Source of the DNA: Spirogloea muscicola
Taxonomy: Eukaryota
Reading direction: 5' to 3'
Assembly (NCBI GenBank): GCA_009602725.1
Contig: WELB01000006.1
Location: forward strand, 1,268,907 to 1,331,540
DNA: 62,634 bases
Part shown: piece by piece, positions 49,046 to 62,613 of the stretch
Layout of the letters: every line of letters begins with the position of its first letter
Position numbering within the stretch: position 1 is the stretch's first letter
The notes under the pieces: generated by a model
What the model saw: only the letters and a program-made list of their open reading frames with translations
What the model was told of the DNA's origin: nothing
Database searches by the model: none
Program-made: the position numbers and the translations under genes

Positions 49046-49271
49046 TGCAGCTCTCTCTGTCTGCACTTCGCACTGCATGTCCAGCAGTTTGGGTCGATGT
49101 GGACCGAGCCAGGGGAAAAACTCGTCCTCGGGTGGACGATCAGCGTAGTGATAACTATCTGACTCAGCCATGGGCACGCTCCCTGTGAGAAGGGCCCGGC
49201 GCATCAGGCCCATATCTGGATCTGAGGCGATCGTGCTGCTGCTCCAATGCGCCCTAGCTATGTCTGCCACT

Positions 49272-49397
49272 CTGATTGAGGCGGGGTCCTGTGCTGTCTG
49301 TGATACTGTGGCTGATCATGCTGAGTGAGGGCGGAGCCTCAGCTGTCTGTGTACTATGCATGATGTCTGAGTGAGGCGGAGCCTCGGCTGTCTGTGT
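49272..49397. repeat. Three imperfect 46-49 bp tandem repeats
   Basis: CTGA(G/T)TGAGGCGG..C..GCTGTCTGTG units start at 49272, 49321 and 49367. Confidence 0.7.
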
Positions 49398-50241
49398 GAC
49401 CGAGTGTCTGATCTTTGTGTGCCTCCATGAGCGGATCTGCGTCTGGACCGTCGAGATGATGGCGGTCTGCTGGTCCTCCAGAGAATGGCAAACGTCCAGT
49501 TGAGGACTCTGAGTGGAGGAGACAAGAAGCCGAGGCTGCTGAACGAGATCGACAGGAGCAACATTAGGAGCAGCCAGATCTGCAGTTCCGATGATAATCA
49601 GATGATCGACAATGTCACACAGGAGGAACGTCAGTGCAAAGGGACAGGAGGTTTGACGAACACTTGGAGACAGGGGCTGCCCACCTCGACAGGCTCGCAT
49701 ATGGAAGGTGGCCAGATTTCCTTGACTTGATGCTGACTCGCACACCAGGGCCACTGCACAACAAAGTAGTCAGGTTTTGGCAATAGGCTGTGCATAAGCC
49801 ACTAGTCTTACCTCTACCTCTTGTCTTGTACTTGGAGTGACTGCCATCTCGCTTCAGATGTCACTCACACCCCCATAGTCGGTCACAGCTCCCCACATTA
49901 TTTCCACATCAACCCCACTACTCCACACTACCTCGCCACGGATTATTTAGCTGCTGCAGAGGACTGCTGCAGCCGGAGCTAGTGCTCCTCTTTGCAAGCA
50001 CTGTGAACTGCCGGCCTCTGACCCGATCCACCTTCGCTTTGTCCACTCTCCCATAAGAGCTTCTCTTGTGCAACAACCGGGCCGATTTTTGGCCCTTTTT
50101 GAGCATTGCATGCTGAATCTGCATTTTGGCACTTTCCACTAAACCAATTAAAGAATTGATGCAAAATTGTTTCTGTACACAGTGAGCAATTGCTCAAGGG
50201 TGGGGCCAAAGGCAGCATGAGCATGAGGTTGTCAAACGATG

Positions 50242-53200
50242 CTATCGTTTGCGACCTGCAAGGATGCGAGAAATCTGGAGGCCTCGGCTGAAGGCCTGGT
50301 TGAAAAGGAGCCGTGTCTGGAACTCAGACACAAAGGGGAACCAGGCTAGCACTGCAATTGGTGCAAAGATGATGATACCCATGAGCCACTCAAATGCCCT
50401 GGCCAGTGTACGGATGCTCTCCCACAGGCCCGCTTGCTCAACGACCGGCCTAAAAGCCTGTGCAATCTGCACGCAAGACCTCCACCTTATGCAACTTGTA
50501 AGTATTCTACAAGGGACAGATCACTAAGCAGGGCCCGTCAACTCAGCACTTGCAGGTTGCTCACAGGTAATCAGCTTACCAGTAGGATTGCCCAGGCGGT
50601 GGGCAGAAAGGCTAGGAGGCAGGCAAAGAGATCGCCGACGGTAAGTCGTGTAGTTGCCAGAAGGACGCCCAGCGTTAACAGAACAACGAGCAACACAACA
50701 GCCTTGACCAATCGGAACATGAGCTGAAAGTCTGCACTGAATCTTTTGCGCCCCAGTGACACAATCTTCAGGCACAGCAGCACTGCAAAAACGACCACCC
50801 AAGACAGCGCATACACCTGCAAGACAGAGAGTGGCAACTCAATAGTCCAGTCCATGTAGTACACTTCCAGCCACCTGAGCTGCTGTGTGCCTGACAAATG
50901 GAACAGCTAAGGTTTTCACTTGCATGCTATCTGACATTCTGCTCATTAACACCTTGGACAGTTACTTACCCCTATGGACTTGTTCTGGTCAGAAATGTCG
51001 AGCGCATACACAATGCCGTATTGAAAAAGGAGGAACCGAAGTGCCAGCACAGCCTCCGTGACTCGTCCAATGAAGCCAGTTGTCTGCAGGTGTTCTTGCT
51101 CCTCGTCCCACCATGTTTCCCAACTCTGAATCAATGTAATGTATGTCATGTAGCATCAGCAATCAGGAAAATCTCGTTAACCAACTCATTGCCAGGATGC
51201 TGGTCTAGTGGGCACCTTGTCAGCCTTGATGCCGATGCCTCCGTGACTTGCAAGCCATTTGATCCAATCCTCCCAGTCCTCCACAATCTTTTGCCACTCA
51301 AAGCCCGAGGGATTGAAAAAGAAGGGTGCAAAAAGCCAGCTGCAGAAGAGTCTTTTGCTGATTAACATGTTGTACGTGATCTCCTTATCATGTGGGCATA
51401 CTCATTGGCAAAGCACTGGAGGGTCAGAGCTAAAGTGGAGGGAAAGACATATGCAGGTCACGTGCAAGTCAGTGTCAATGTTTACCTGACCACAAGGAAC
51501 CACATGGAGAAGGTGAGAAACAAAAATGCTGCACCCTTGCGCAATTCTGCGGCACCATATGTGCCGTACAAGATCAAGAGTATCAAGATCTCAAAAGCCT
51601 TGATAAAGTGTGAGCGTGAATAAAGGCGGTAATTTTCAGCAAACTTTTCATGTACCACAACAAAGCCGCGACCAGTGGCACGATACTTGGCTCCGCCATG
51701 AAGAATTGTACGCCCGAAGTAGTGAGCCTGTGGTCACAGTAGGATGCGTCACAACCACTTCCATGCCAAGTGGATGGCAGTGTCAACTCATAGATAGCAC
51801 AGCAAGGCTGGACATTCCCTCATGTACTGAATTCAGGACTGACATACCTTGGTACCGAGGGAGAATGTGAAAAAGACCGAAGCTAGCTGTAGTTGCATGA
51901 TGATGAAGTCAAGCACAGCTGTCCTGAAACCCCTCTCCAAGCCGATTTCCATGACCATTGGCAGAGCCATCAGCAAGCCCAGCTGCACAAGGCTCTGCGC
52001 TGCTAGGGCTCCCTGCAGTCCATTGTTACCACTGATTGCGGCGTTGTTGAGCAGGCTCTGCTCCACGCCACTCAACGCCATGTAAACTCGTCCATAGAGG
52101 AATGCATAAACAGTCAGGACAACAATCTGCCAGCAAGTCCCACACACAGCGACGATCAGCAGCCTGCTTCTAACAACGGCGGTATGCATAGCGGAGGCGG
52201 CTTCTGCAGCAACAGAATTGTCTGCACAAGTGTGGTGCTCTGCATGCACTGACCAATGTGGAGACGTAGAAGCCAACAGTGGTGAAGTAGGCAGAAAGCA
52301 TGCGGAAGAAGTCAAAGCGATGTCCCAACCGGTGGATATCTCTGGATAGAGTTTGCTCGCCATTTCCATTAGCAACCTTGGCCTCAAATAAGGAAATCTG
52401 ATTCAGACCAACATCACGGCCCTTCCCCACTTGGATGTATTCATGATGAGTCACATTCCCCTGCCGCAAGGTTGTATTAAAGCCTGTGCAGACCAACATT
52501 GTCAAAATTAGAAAGCTCATGTTCAAATGCAGGAATGGCCAGACTGTTGCTCAAGCACAGCAGCATGAAGCTTACAGATGAAGGAGCTGCTGCACTATAC
52601 CGGCAAAGATGTCCTCTGAGAGATTGATGACACGAGAGGCCTTGCTCATGCCACCACGAGTGATGTGAAAGAGCCGGTCAAAGACATCTGGGTGACCATA
52701 ATGGAAGCGCACTCTACAGCAGCAGCGAAAGGCACAGAGTCAGGCCTCTGGCAGATGGCTGCCCCTCTACTGGTGTACATAAGAAAGTCATGGCAGACCG
52801 AATACAGCACTTGGGGTGGCTGTCATACTTGAGAGGCCAAGCAAGGACCCGTTGTCCAATTGTCACAAAACTTGTCTCCTGGTTTGACATGAACCACGCC
52901 AACGACGACACACTGCATCCACTCCAGTAATTGACCATCAGTTGAAGCTTGCTGTAGTGGAGCAATACCAGCACCCATTTGGTCAGGAAAAGAGATCAGC
53001 TCACAAGCATCGTATAGGTCATCGAAAAGTTTGTGCACAACCTGCCAGTAAAGATGTGCTCACGCACACCCAGAATGCTTGGAGGCCGTACGCCATGGTC
53101 TTCCTTAAACTCAGCCAGCAAGTTACGCATCTTGAATGCTTCCTCCAGATAATTGTCCTGTGACACCACCGACGGGACCCAGCCTCAAATGAAGCCAGTT

Positions 53201-56200
53201 CAAAGTGGGACTCAGCAGAGGAAGTGCTCTTTGCTGCGCACCTGATTCATGTCGATGGTCTGTAAAGCGTCGCCACGGGTGAAGATGACGGCGTGATTCT
53301 GGTTCTCCGGTTTGCCCTCCCCAAGCTTAGCAGGGCCAGGAAGGCGAATCCGATAGATTGGCTGCTCGAGACCGTTGGAGGCTTTGACAAGCACTGAATA
53401 GTAGGTCTTGCAGACTTTCCCCTTCTCCTCCACCTCCACTTCGTCCATGTACGCAACTCTTAGCAGTGGGTGGCTGGAGACACGTGGCAATGAAGCAATC
53501 AATGTATTGCTAAGATCGTCGCTAGACCTAGCCTATGCCACATGCCCTCTTCAGATACAGCAAGCAAGCGCAGGGTATTGAAGTGCAACCTAAGTCCACT
53601 TTGATCCGTGAGTCTGACATCAGAAGGAGGAATGATCAGCCTAGACTGTCAGGGACTTATATCCTCAGAAGCTTCTACACTATCTGTCAATGTGGTCATC
53701 ACTCATTCTCAAAGTCACGGACGCCCAAGCCATGTGCAAGAGTTTAGCAATATACTCACGTGTTCATGAGATCAAAAATGTCCGTTGCTTGTGACAATTT
53801 TGAACGCTTTTGGGCGCCATAGATCTGGCATGTAGCTACATACGTGAACTTGATGGCAGCCATGGCTTGTAATTGTGCCCAGGTGCTCTTGTGTGGCTCC
53901 CCAGCCTTACCTTGTCCAGCTTCTCCCTTCATTTTCTTGTAGCCTTCAGCGAACTCTGCAAGCACGCATGATGTGCGAAGCTTGGAGAGATTGGCCGTGA
54001 TACTCATGCAGCCTTGTCTGTTTCCCAATAACAAACAATGAACCAGCTCAGAGAACTACTCCACACAGTGCCTCATGTGGACTCACGTTCATCAGATGAT
54101 ATGTCAAGGAAGGCCTGCAGCTCCAGTGCCCGGTGGTAGTACATCATTCCCCGCACTGCAGGACAGGTAACGAGAGCATGAAACCATCATGATAATGGGT
54201 TGGTTTAGAGTTGGTCGCGCAACGTGGCAAGGATATGCTGTGCCTGGGCAGCACACCTGTTCGAGAAAGGGTTTGACCCCGATATGAAGCCCAAAGACGC
54301 AGCTCTTTCTCTCCATCCTCTCGCTCGTAGAGTTGCTGTTCCCAGGTCAATCCAGTGCAACCCATACGCTCCAAGAAGTTGCTCCATTCATCTGCAGCAG
54401 TCAGGACCATGAGTCACTGACTTTGCATGTAAGCGGGAGGCAACTAGACTTGAACACAACAGCACACAAGGGAGCTTGTCAAACAGACAACACATGCTGA
54501 GGAACACAGAAGGAGATTAGACCTGGGTATATTTTCTGTAGGTAATACAAGATGGATATGCCATCCTCATTCTCCTCATTCAGCTGGTGGCGACTGTACA
54601 TGACATCCTCGGAGTAATATGGAGTCAGCACTGAGAAGGCTAGCATCTGTCTGACCCGGGGAGCCCTGGGCATGTCCATAAATAACGAATTTGTGAAGAA
54701 TGCTATCCGCCGACGCGCCTCCAAATTCGATGGCACATCCATCGCACTCTCCTTGACAGTCAAAAGCAGGTGAAAACGCTTCATCTGCACACAATGCTCT
54801 AGAACTGAGTTAGCAACACAGCATGCTGTACAGAACAAATAGTGACTGGTGCCCTCTGCTATGCCTCTCCTGTTCGCAACAAGAAAGAGTAGTAGAAAAC
54901 CATAAGAAACAGTACTCATCTGCATCACTTTGCACATCGGCCAAGTCAAGGAAGCACCTGCTCAGCCCATGCCTCAGTGGCAGGGGGAGGAAACAACACT
55001 GCTGGGCAGGGCTGCATTGTGGCAAAGAGATTGACCGTTCGCCTCTTGGCGAGAGGACCATTTCCTGCCTCCAATGCCTCCCTGTAAAGAGATCGGACAT
55101 TTGCAAGTGGTAAGAGGAGCTTGTCATGTGCCTGTACTCAGATTTGAAGGATTGGTATAGCTAGATCAGTGGATTGTCTCGCCATGTCCACTGTTTGGAG
55201 CAGGAGATTGCGCCACAGCACCTTGTGCTGGTAGTCATCATATCACGGGTGACAGTATCAAACATGTCCTGCAGAAGCCTGACAACCATTCCGCGTTTTG
55301 ATGGATCGGCTTGCATCTGCCACCACACCGACAAGCAAGTTGCTTTCAGAGGGGCAATGATTTGCTACTACGTGCTGTGAGGGCAGGTCCAAAACTGCCG
55401 CTAGAAGTGGACAAAAGATTATCTTACCAGGAGCGTAACCAGTTCAACGGTCTGCTTCAGGAGATTCGGCAGGTGCTCAAGGTTGAACGTGGTCACCAAC
55501 GAGCCATTGCTGATGCACTTCCTCACTTCACGCAGCAGGGCATCCATTACCACACGATCGTTCTCTCCTCTCACGATTGTGTACAGCATCTGCTCAAACA
55601 ACTTGTTCCCCTCTTCCACGGCCTTGTTCATGTAACGAATGGCTCTCATCCTACGCAACAACTCCGCATCTGAGGCTGCCTTGCTAGCCATCTGCACAGC
55701 AATCGGGATCTGCTCCCCACAGACAAGAAACAATCAATACCTGATCTGTTTGGTAAGAGTGAAACAACTCTGGGGCTCGCAAAGCCTATCAAAGAGATGG
55801 CAGCAGCCCAGAAAGCTCACACAGTGCTATCTCACCTTGCTTGCAAGTAAGAAGGGTGGCCATTGCACAATATCCAGCTGGTTGGACGAGTAGGGCACGA
55901 GCATAAGGTCCAACTCACTGAGAATGCAAGCGCGCGCATTGATACATAAGCCAGGCTGTCAACCCGAACATGAGGACTAACAATTGCTGCCCACTGCTGA
56001 TTCAATGGCCACCAAAGAAGCACGAGGAAGTGATACCTACCGCTGATTGATAAGATCCTCTTCTCTGAAGCTGGTTATGACCTCGTTCCAGAGCTGTGCA
56101 AACCTTGCTGCCTCTTTTGTTTCCTTGTTGGGCTGTTGCATAGCACACGGTAAAACACATAAGTAAGGCCTCAGATGTTGCTCAAAGTAAACATGCCCTA

Positions 56201-59200
56201 CAGCCCCAGATTATCGTCCCCCCCACCCCCCCTCCTACCTTTCTCCCCCATTCTTCCAGGAGGAAAAGTGCTACAGGAGGGAATAGCACTTGACGAGCGA
56301 CCCAAGGGTGACTCCAGGATGGAAGAGCGAGCACTTTGAGAGGGGATTGTTGGTGCACCTCATTGTACTTGCGAGACAGGGAAAAGATACGTTTGGGGGG
56401 GTGGTCCGCAGGTACAAGGTTGGCATTAAATGCGCCTGGCAGCGACAAGAAGCGCGCACGAAGCATACCCAGGGTGCGAATCTACATAGAAACAATATGT
56501 GAACCTAGTAAGCACAGAGCTGGCAGAAGCAGTGGGTACCCTCCAAGCACATGTCTGACAGTCAGGCACATACTGTGCAAGCTCTCTGCATAGGAGACAC
56601 TGGCTCGTGAATAATACTTCGCCTAGCCGCTGGAGTGCTCCAGTTAATCCTCCAACAAGGGTGGACATCACCGCGTACCAGATTTGAGTGTCCATGAAGT
56701 AGACCTGAGAAGATCAAACATAAGGCAAGCCAGTCAATCTTGACTTCGAACCAGGGTTTCTTCGGCTGGGAGTATGCTTTATCCAGCTCTTTGTATGCTT
56801 CATCCAGCAATTAGAGGACTCTGCTTGCAAAGATACGTGCGCCACATCATGAGGCAGTTCCGGCTCCCTGCAAGCACCAAGCCAAGCGAAAGGGCACTGA
56901 CCAGCCCAATGGGAGCCCAGATAGCCACTACGGCCCCAATGTTCTTGTGGTCTGCATGTACAAAGCTCCGATCAAGTCAGCCTGCTGAGAGCAGCAAGAA
57001 GAAACTCTCTGATTGATGTTGGCTTGAAAAGTGGGATCAAGGCTCACTATTTGGGAAGAACTCATGCCAGCTGTACACCACATTCCACGTGGCCATGATA
57101 CTCTTTGTCGGCCCTACCAGAGGCCCAATCTGCGGCACAGTCATTCCATGTCAGAAGCAAGCCAAGCCTCTCAGTCTGCCAGAGTGTGTACTAAGGAGAA
57201 CAAGAGCTGGATCGTATATATTGCAAAAGCAGCAGATCAGAGTCATTGCCTGAAATTTGTAGCTGAAAGCAAGCTTGCCGGCAACCAAGAGACACCAGAA
57301 GAGAGTGTAGCCAAGTAGTGTGAACGTGCTCTCGTGCATCCCTCTTCCCACATACAGCCGTGGCTGCACAACGAGAACAAGCACTGAGCATGTGCACCCC
57401 TGCAGGACATAGACTGCTCCTTCGGATGCCAGCTAGAGAGGGGATGCCAGCTACATCCGAGTTGGTGGCTGTGGAGTGTGCACACCTGGGACCACCACAG
57501 GAGTGCCCGAAAGATGTGCCAGTTGGAAGACTCCACCCAGCGACGAAGAAAAGGAAGCACAAAAAGCAAAACTCCGATAGCACTTGGTATCAAGTACACA
57601 GCTACGGCTGCCAGGTAAATGCCAGGACTCTTCCAATTGCTCCCAAGCCAGCTTTTCACGCTCTGTGGCAGCATGGTAGAGCCAGAAGTAAAGCGTCAAG
57701 AGAAATCGCAACAGAAGCTCAAAGCAGTCAATTTGCACCAGTACAGTACACTACAGTGAATGGTGTGTCAGCAGGTTCAGGAGGTGTTACCCTGCCAAGA
57801 GCTCCAGGATTGTCCCAGGAGTGGACATAGCACACTGCCAGGACAATCATCCACGACCCAAAGTAGACCATCCTCAGGAACAGGCGCACAACTGACCTTG
57901 CCTTCATGCTCTTGTATATGCCCCAGCTAAGCAGTACATCAAGGAATGCTGCAAGGCAGTCATAGGAAGACATTGTCAATGGGTAGCGCAGGTTCCTTGA
58001 TGATATATGATTGAATGGATGAGGGTGGAAAGGGGGAAGGCAAGAAGGGGCGGAGGGACGGAAAAGGTATGCTACTTGACTACTTTCTATCGGCTCAATG
58101 TTGTTGATGGTGTTATCATGGAGACCAATGCAGAGAGCTCATTGAGACCCTGCAGCACTTTCAAAAGGATGTAGCCCCAAACCATGCCCGCCCACTTGCT
58201 CATAGCTGGGCTGCTCTCCCAGAACAACTCCAAGATTGAGCCTGCAGTTTTTAACCTAGACGTCATGCTCTGCATGTGTTGCTGAGAACTGTTTGGCGCG
58301 CCTGACCTTGCACGAGGCGGAGGCCTGCGTGTGTGATGAAGATACTGAGGACTTTCTTGAAAGTACCCAATTTGGTCACAACTTCGTAGAATGGACCATT
58401 CCAAGCCATGATGAGCATGGCCTGCACCCGATTGTCAGCACCAAGTCAGGCACAATCAAGGCAGTTGCAATGGCCTTGCTGTGCACAACATGCGGTAGCC
58501 TATGCCGCTGAGCAACCTTTAAGATAGAGACATAGCATGTCATCTCGGCCGAGAGGAGACCTGGAAACAAAGTATGAAGAAGATCCACATCCTATCGAAG
58601 GACCTTAGGATGTGTAAGAATGTCCTGTGCTCCACAAAGCTCTGCTTGCCTTCCCGCTGACCACTGGCCTTACGTTTCTGAAATTGTTAAACACTTGCAC
58701 CACTTGTGTTTAAGTGTCACTCAGCAGCTGAGTGCTGGACAGCAAGTTTAAGAGTCACTGAGCAATCACATATCCATATGAAAGAAAGACTCTTCCAGTA
58801 GAGGCGATGGCTGGGATCGGCCAGCCCGAAAAACAAATAAACAAAATTCGAAGGGGCCAGAAAGATGTAGATAAACACTCCCTGCAAGATGACCTCCTGC
58901 TCTACATTATGAATACTATGGGACACCTTGAAGCTCACCTGGTCATTGGCTTTCGTGCGTGGAAGAGGAGGAACGAAGAAGTTTGCATCGAGGCGCATAG
59001 GCCATGAGAGCGAGAAGCACTTCGGAGACCTGAGAAAGGTAACTCCTAAGTATCAGTCATGAGAGCGAGAAGCACTTCGGAGACCTGAGAAAGGTAACTC
59101 CTAAGTATCAGTCAACTGTTCATTATAGCCTGACGTGCCCGTACACCAACTCCTGAGCTAAACAACAAAGCCCCCAATCAAGAGATTGGGCTTCTATTGA

Positions 59201-62200
59201 CTCACCAGAAATACTCATTGAAGTCATCATAATTTCGCCAAGAAGAGTGAGGAGCCTTCCCTTCGCCATTATTCTGGGCTTCCTGCAAAATCACCACCAC
59301 CTGCTAATCATACACCGTCGCAAGCAGGTGACAGCTACAAACAAGCTCAAACGGCAGCATTGCTGATTTCTAGATGACAAAGTAGCTTCTAGGCGGTCAC
59401 CTTCCGAATGACATCATAAATGGGTGTGACGATATTACGCAGGAAGGATTCATCGCCACCACCGTACGCAGGTTTGATGTTCTCGCCAGTGGCCTTGCTG
59501 ACATTGCCCATGATCATCCCAATGACCTCCCATGCCATCTGTACACATTTCAAAGCAGAGAACTTTGTCTAGGCTGATGAGCACAGCTTTCAGCTACCTC
59601 AGTGAGCCTGACAAGGGTCACAGTGACGCCCAACAAGGCCAGGAACTTGGGCCAAGGGTCCCGAAGAGGCGCACATTGTGGAAGATATAGCAGAGGCACT
59701 CTGGAAGGAATCGGAGATTGGCAGCCTCTCCCCATATGAGCAAATATAGACCAACATACAGCAGCTTCCGCTGCTGTTTTTCTACCGAAGCATCTGGCAG
59801 GCTGCAACATCCAACAAGGAGCGCACATTAGGGAGACATGTGGACAACTTATGCTGGAGGGGTAGCTGGCAAGACATACTCCGTGCCATGAGTTCTTGCA
59901 GAACTACGAAATGGAGGTGAACTCAAGAAGGTGAGGTAAGATGTGGAGCTTCCAGCAACCTGAGATTTGGCTTGTGCCCAAGAAATCGACACCATTTCTT
60001 GTAATTATCAAACGTCTTCACGTACAGCTCACTGACTGCTCGGTCATCCATCTGGCACAAGAAGCTCTTAACCTCAGTGCCGCTTCTGTTTCCATATCAT
60101 CGCTGTCAGAAGAAGCTGAAGAGGAGCACTGATTCATGCATCTACACTCCTGACCTTGCATGAAGCACACATCAAAGTGGCATCCCTCAAGCTTGAAGCC
60201 AATTTTGAAGCTTGCAGGCCAGAAAGAGAATTGCAGCAAGGGCCGTGGACAAGTACCTTGTGAAGAGGGTCAGGCGCCGGCAGCTGCCGGACATGTGTGT
60301 TGGCCAACAATAAGATCAAGTGCTCACGCTGATTGCGCACGCTGTCACGCTGCATCCCACCTCGGCACTGCTTGTGAGTGAAAAAACGGGGCTTTTTGAC
60401 GAGGGAGCCCTCTCCGTCCATTGCTGTGGAGGCCTCTGTCAATGTCATCATGAAAAGAGGCGCACTATATATGAGAGCTCCTTGCAGGAATTCAATTCGT
60501 GGATAGAAGGCAGAAGAATGACCTGGAAGCCAAATGTTGCCTGCAACCAGTCCAGTACATCCCAGCCCTGGGTCTGGGAGTCCCCAAAGCCAGGTACCCT
60601 TGGCAGCCCTCGCACGTTGCGAAGAGCGTCCAGAGCAGCGACAATCTGCACACTCAGGTGATTGCAGATAAGAGATTGCAGGGAGCTTCAGCATCGGCGC
60701 GGCTGTGCCTGTATCACGCTCCTGACAGAGCAGTGTACTCTCCCTGCTGCCATCAAGAGCAACACAAGTAGCAAAGTGACACCTCGACCCAACAGCGCCA
60801 GCTGGCACATCATGTTGCCCACACTTGTACAGCCTTGTTGCAGTAAGCCTGCTGCCAGGCTTACACTTCCTCGGACAGAACTCCTGCTCATGCTGAACGA
60901 CAGAGGGCAACTGCATGGGAAAAGGGATCCAGCACCTCTGGCAACTGCATGATCGCCTGGTGTGCACCGGTTGCATCAAGCGGCAAGATATTGTACGGCT
61001 GATACAGCTCCTTCTCTGCGGCTACAGCTTGCCCGGCCGCCAAGACCTGCCCTTTCCCAAGCGCAGCAGCCTCTGAGTCGCAAGCAATGCCGCGGTGGAC
61101 GACAAGGCTGGCTCTGCAGTGGTCGCTGCGAACGGAGTGCGACTGCCCAGAAGAAGAGCATACCTCAGGTGCAACCTCCGCAGCCTCGCTCTTGTTGACC
61201 GAGCAGAGCACCTCGAATAGCACTGCCGCCGTCTGGAAAGCTTTCGCCAACTGGACCCTGCCCACCGTCGCATTTGACCGGGGCCACATCAAGACAAGGG
61301 CAGATTCTCAATCCAACAGCAGCTGGAGCGCAGCACCAGCAGAACTCGTGGCACGACCAGTCTAGCAGGAGGTGGCAGGCCATAACAGAAGAACGTTCTA
61401 GAAGGTGCAAGCTGTGCAAGTTGCTGGCAGTGAAAGAAACAGGGCCCTCGGACCCGACAGCAGAGAGCGACGGTTCACCTATCTGCGGCCCCAACATCTG
61501 CAAGAGCCTTGACGTAATTCTGGTAGTACTGCTGGTAGAAGCTCTGTATCTCCCGTGCATCGCTTCCGCGCTGCCTTTGGGCCTTGGTGGGCTCATTGTC
61601 CTGCTCGAGTACAGGCCTGCGTCAGGGGGGTGTATTCAGCAGCCAACCTTGGCCTTGGCTTAACTGTGCCATGACAGCTGATGGTGCCTGTGGAGCAGGG
61701 CTCGACAGCGACACCAGGCCTGCACTCGAAGCTGGCAGCAGATGGCTGCGCTGCTTGAGGGCTCCACATTCGTAGTATGCAAGCACATCGGATTATGCGC
61801 TGCCGGCCAGCGAGCAGAAGGCAGGTGCAATCAGGTGCTGCGCCCCCTGGGCTGCTCGCAGCAGGGGACGGCAGCAGCAAACACCCCGTTGGCAGTCTAG
61901 GACGTTGAGCGCAAAGCGCTTTTGCAAGAGCGGGTCAGCGGCTGCCTGTGAAGCCTGTCCGGCCTTTCGAGAGCCTCGCCCAGGTCCTGCCATCCCTGAA
62001 AGCCCCGCCACTGTGCCCGGCTCCTGCTTGGCTCACCTTCTCCAGCCGAGCTAGCAGCGCAGTCTTGAACTGCCGGACACCGCGGCCGCTGGAAGTCGAG
62101 TCCAGGCGGTGTGCGCACTCAAAGGCATGGAAGCGGCCTGAGTTGCGCCGGCAAGAGGTGCAGGAGACGCCGAGCTCGAGAGCTCGAGTGAGAAAGTGTG

Positions 62201-62613
62201 CAGAGCCGATTGCTCAGCCGATTGTGTGTGCAAAGAGGAGATAGAGAGAGATGCCCCTCCGAAACCCTGACCGCCGTCCCGGGGGTGGGGGGCCAGAGGT
62301 CGAGAGAGCCTTTCGGCCAGCGGAGGGCCGACGGACGCAGCCGGCAACAGAAGCCCAAGCAGTCAACGCATGTGTGATCGTCGGGCGTCCGCTGTGGCGG
62401 CCGCGGCATCGCCGAGCACAGGCTTGGTGCGCGGGCGCGGGAGGCGGGCTCACAGAGGTAGGCGACGCGGGGGCGGGCGGCCTCGACCTCGTTGGCGGCG
62501 CGCAGGAAGCGCTCGACCTCGAGTAGCGAGGGGGGCACGATCTCGCTGCCGGGGTCGTCGGGCGCGCCGCCGGTGGACGCCACCCGGAAGCCGCGCTCGC
62601 GCGGGGCCGCCAT
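50242..62613 (-). CDS. Callose synthase (1,3-beta-glucan synthase, GT48; GSL/CalS family)
   Basis: Many short exons: [172 protein letters not shown]. Confidence 0.96.
58781..58865 (-). mobile_element. Isolated retrotransposon 3'-UTR remnant inside a callose synthase intron
   Basis: Matches 29830-29910 (AAAGAAAGACTCTTCCAGTAGAGG(G)CGATGGCTG..CCAGCCC). Confidence 0.72.
59003..59112. repeat. Exact 55-bp tandem duplication spanning a callose synthase 3' splice site
   Basis: 59003-59057 is identical to 59058-59112. Confidence 0.95.

Noticed and set aside
49050..49760. Minus-strand ORFs with faint resemblance to a Helitron PIF1 segment (RRALLT)
   Set aside because: No helicase motifs; similarity too weak.
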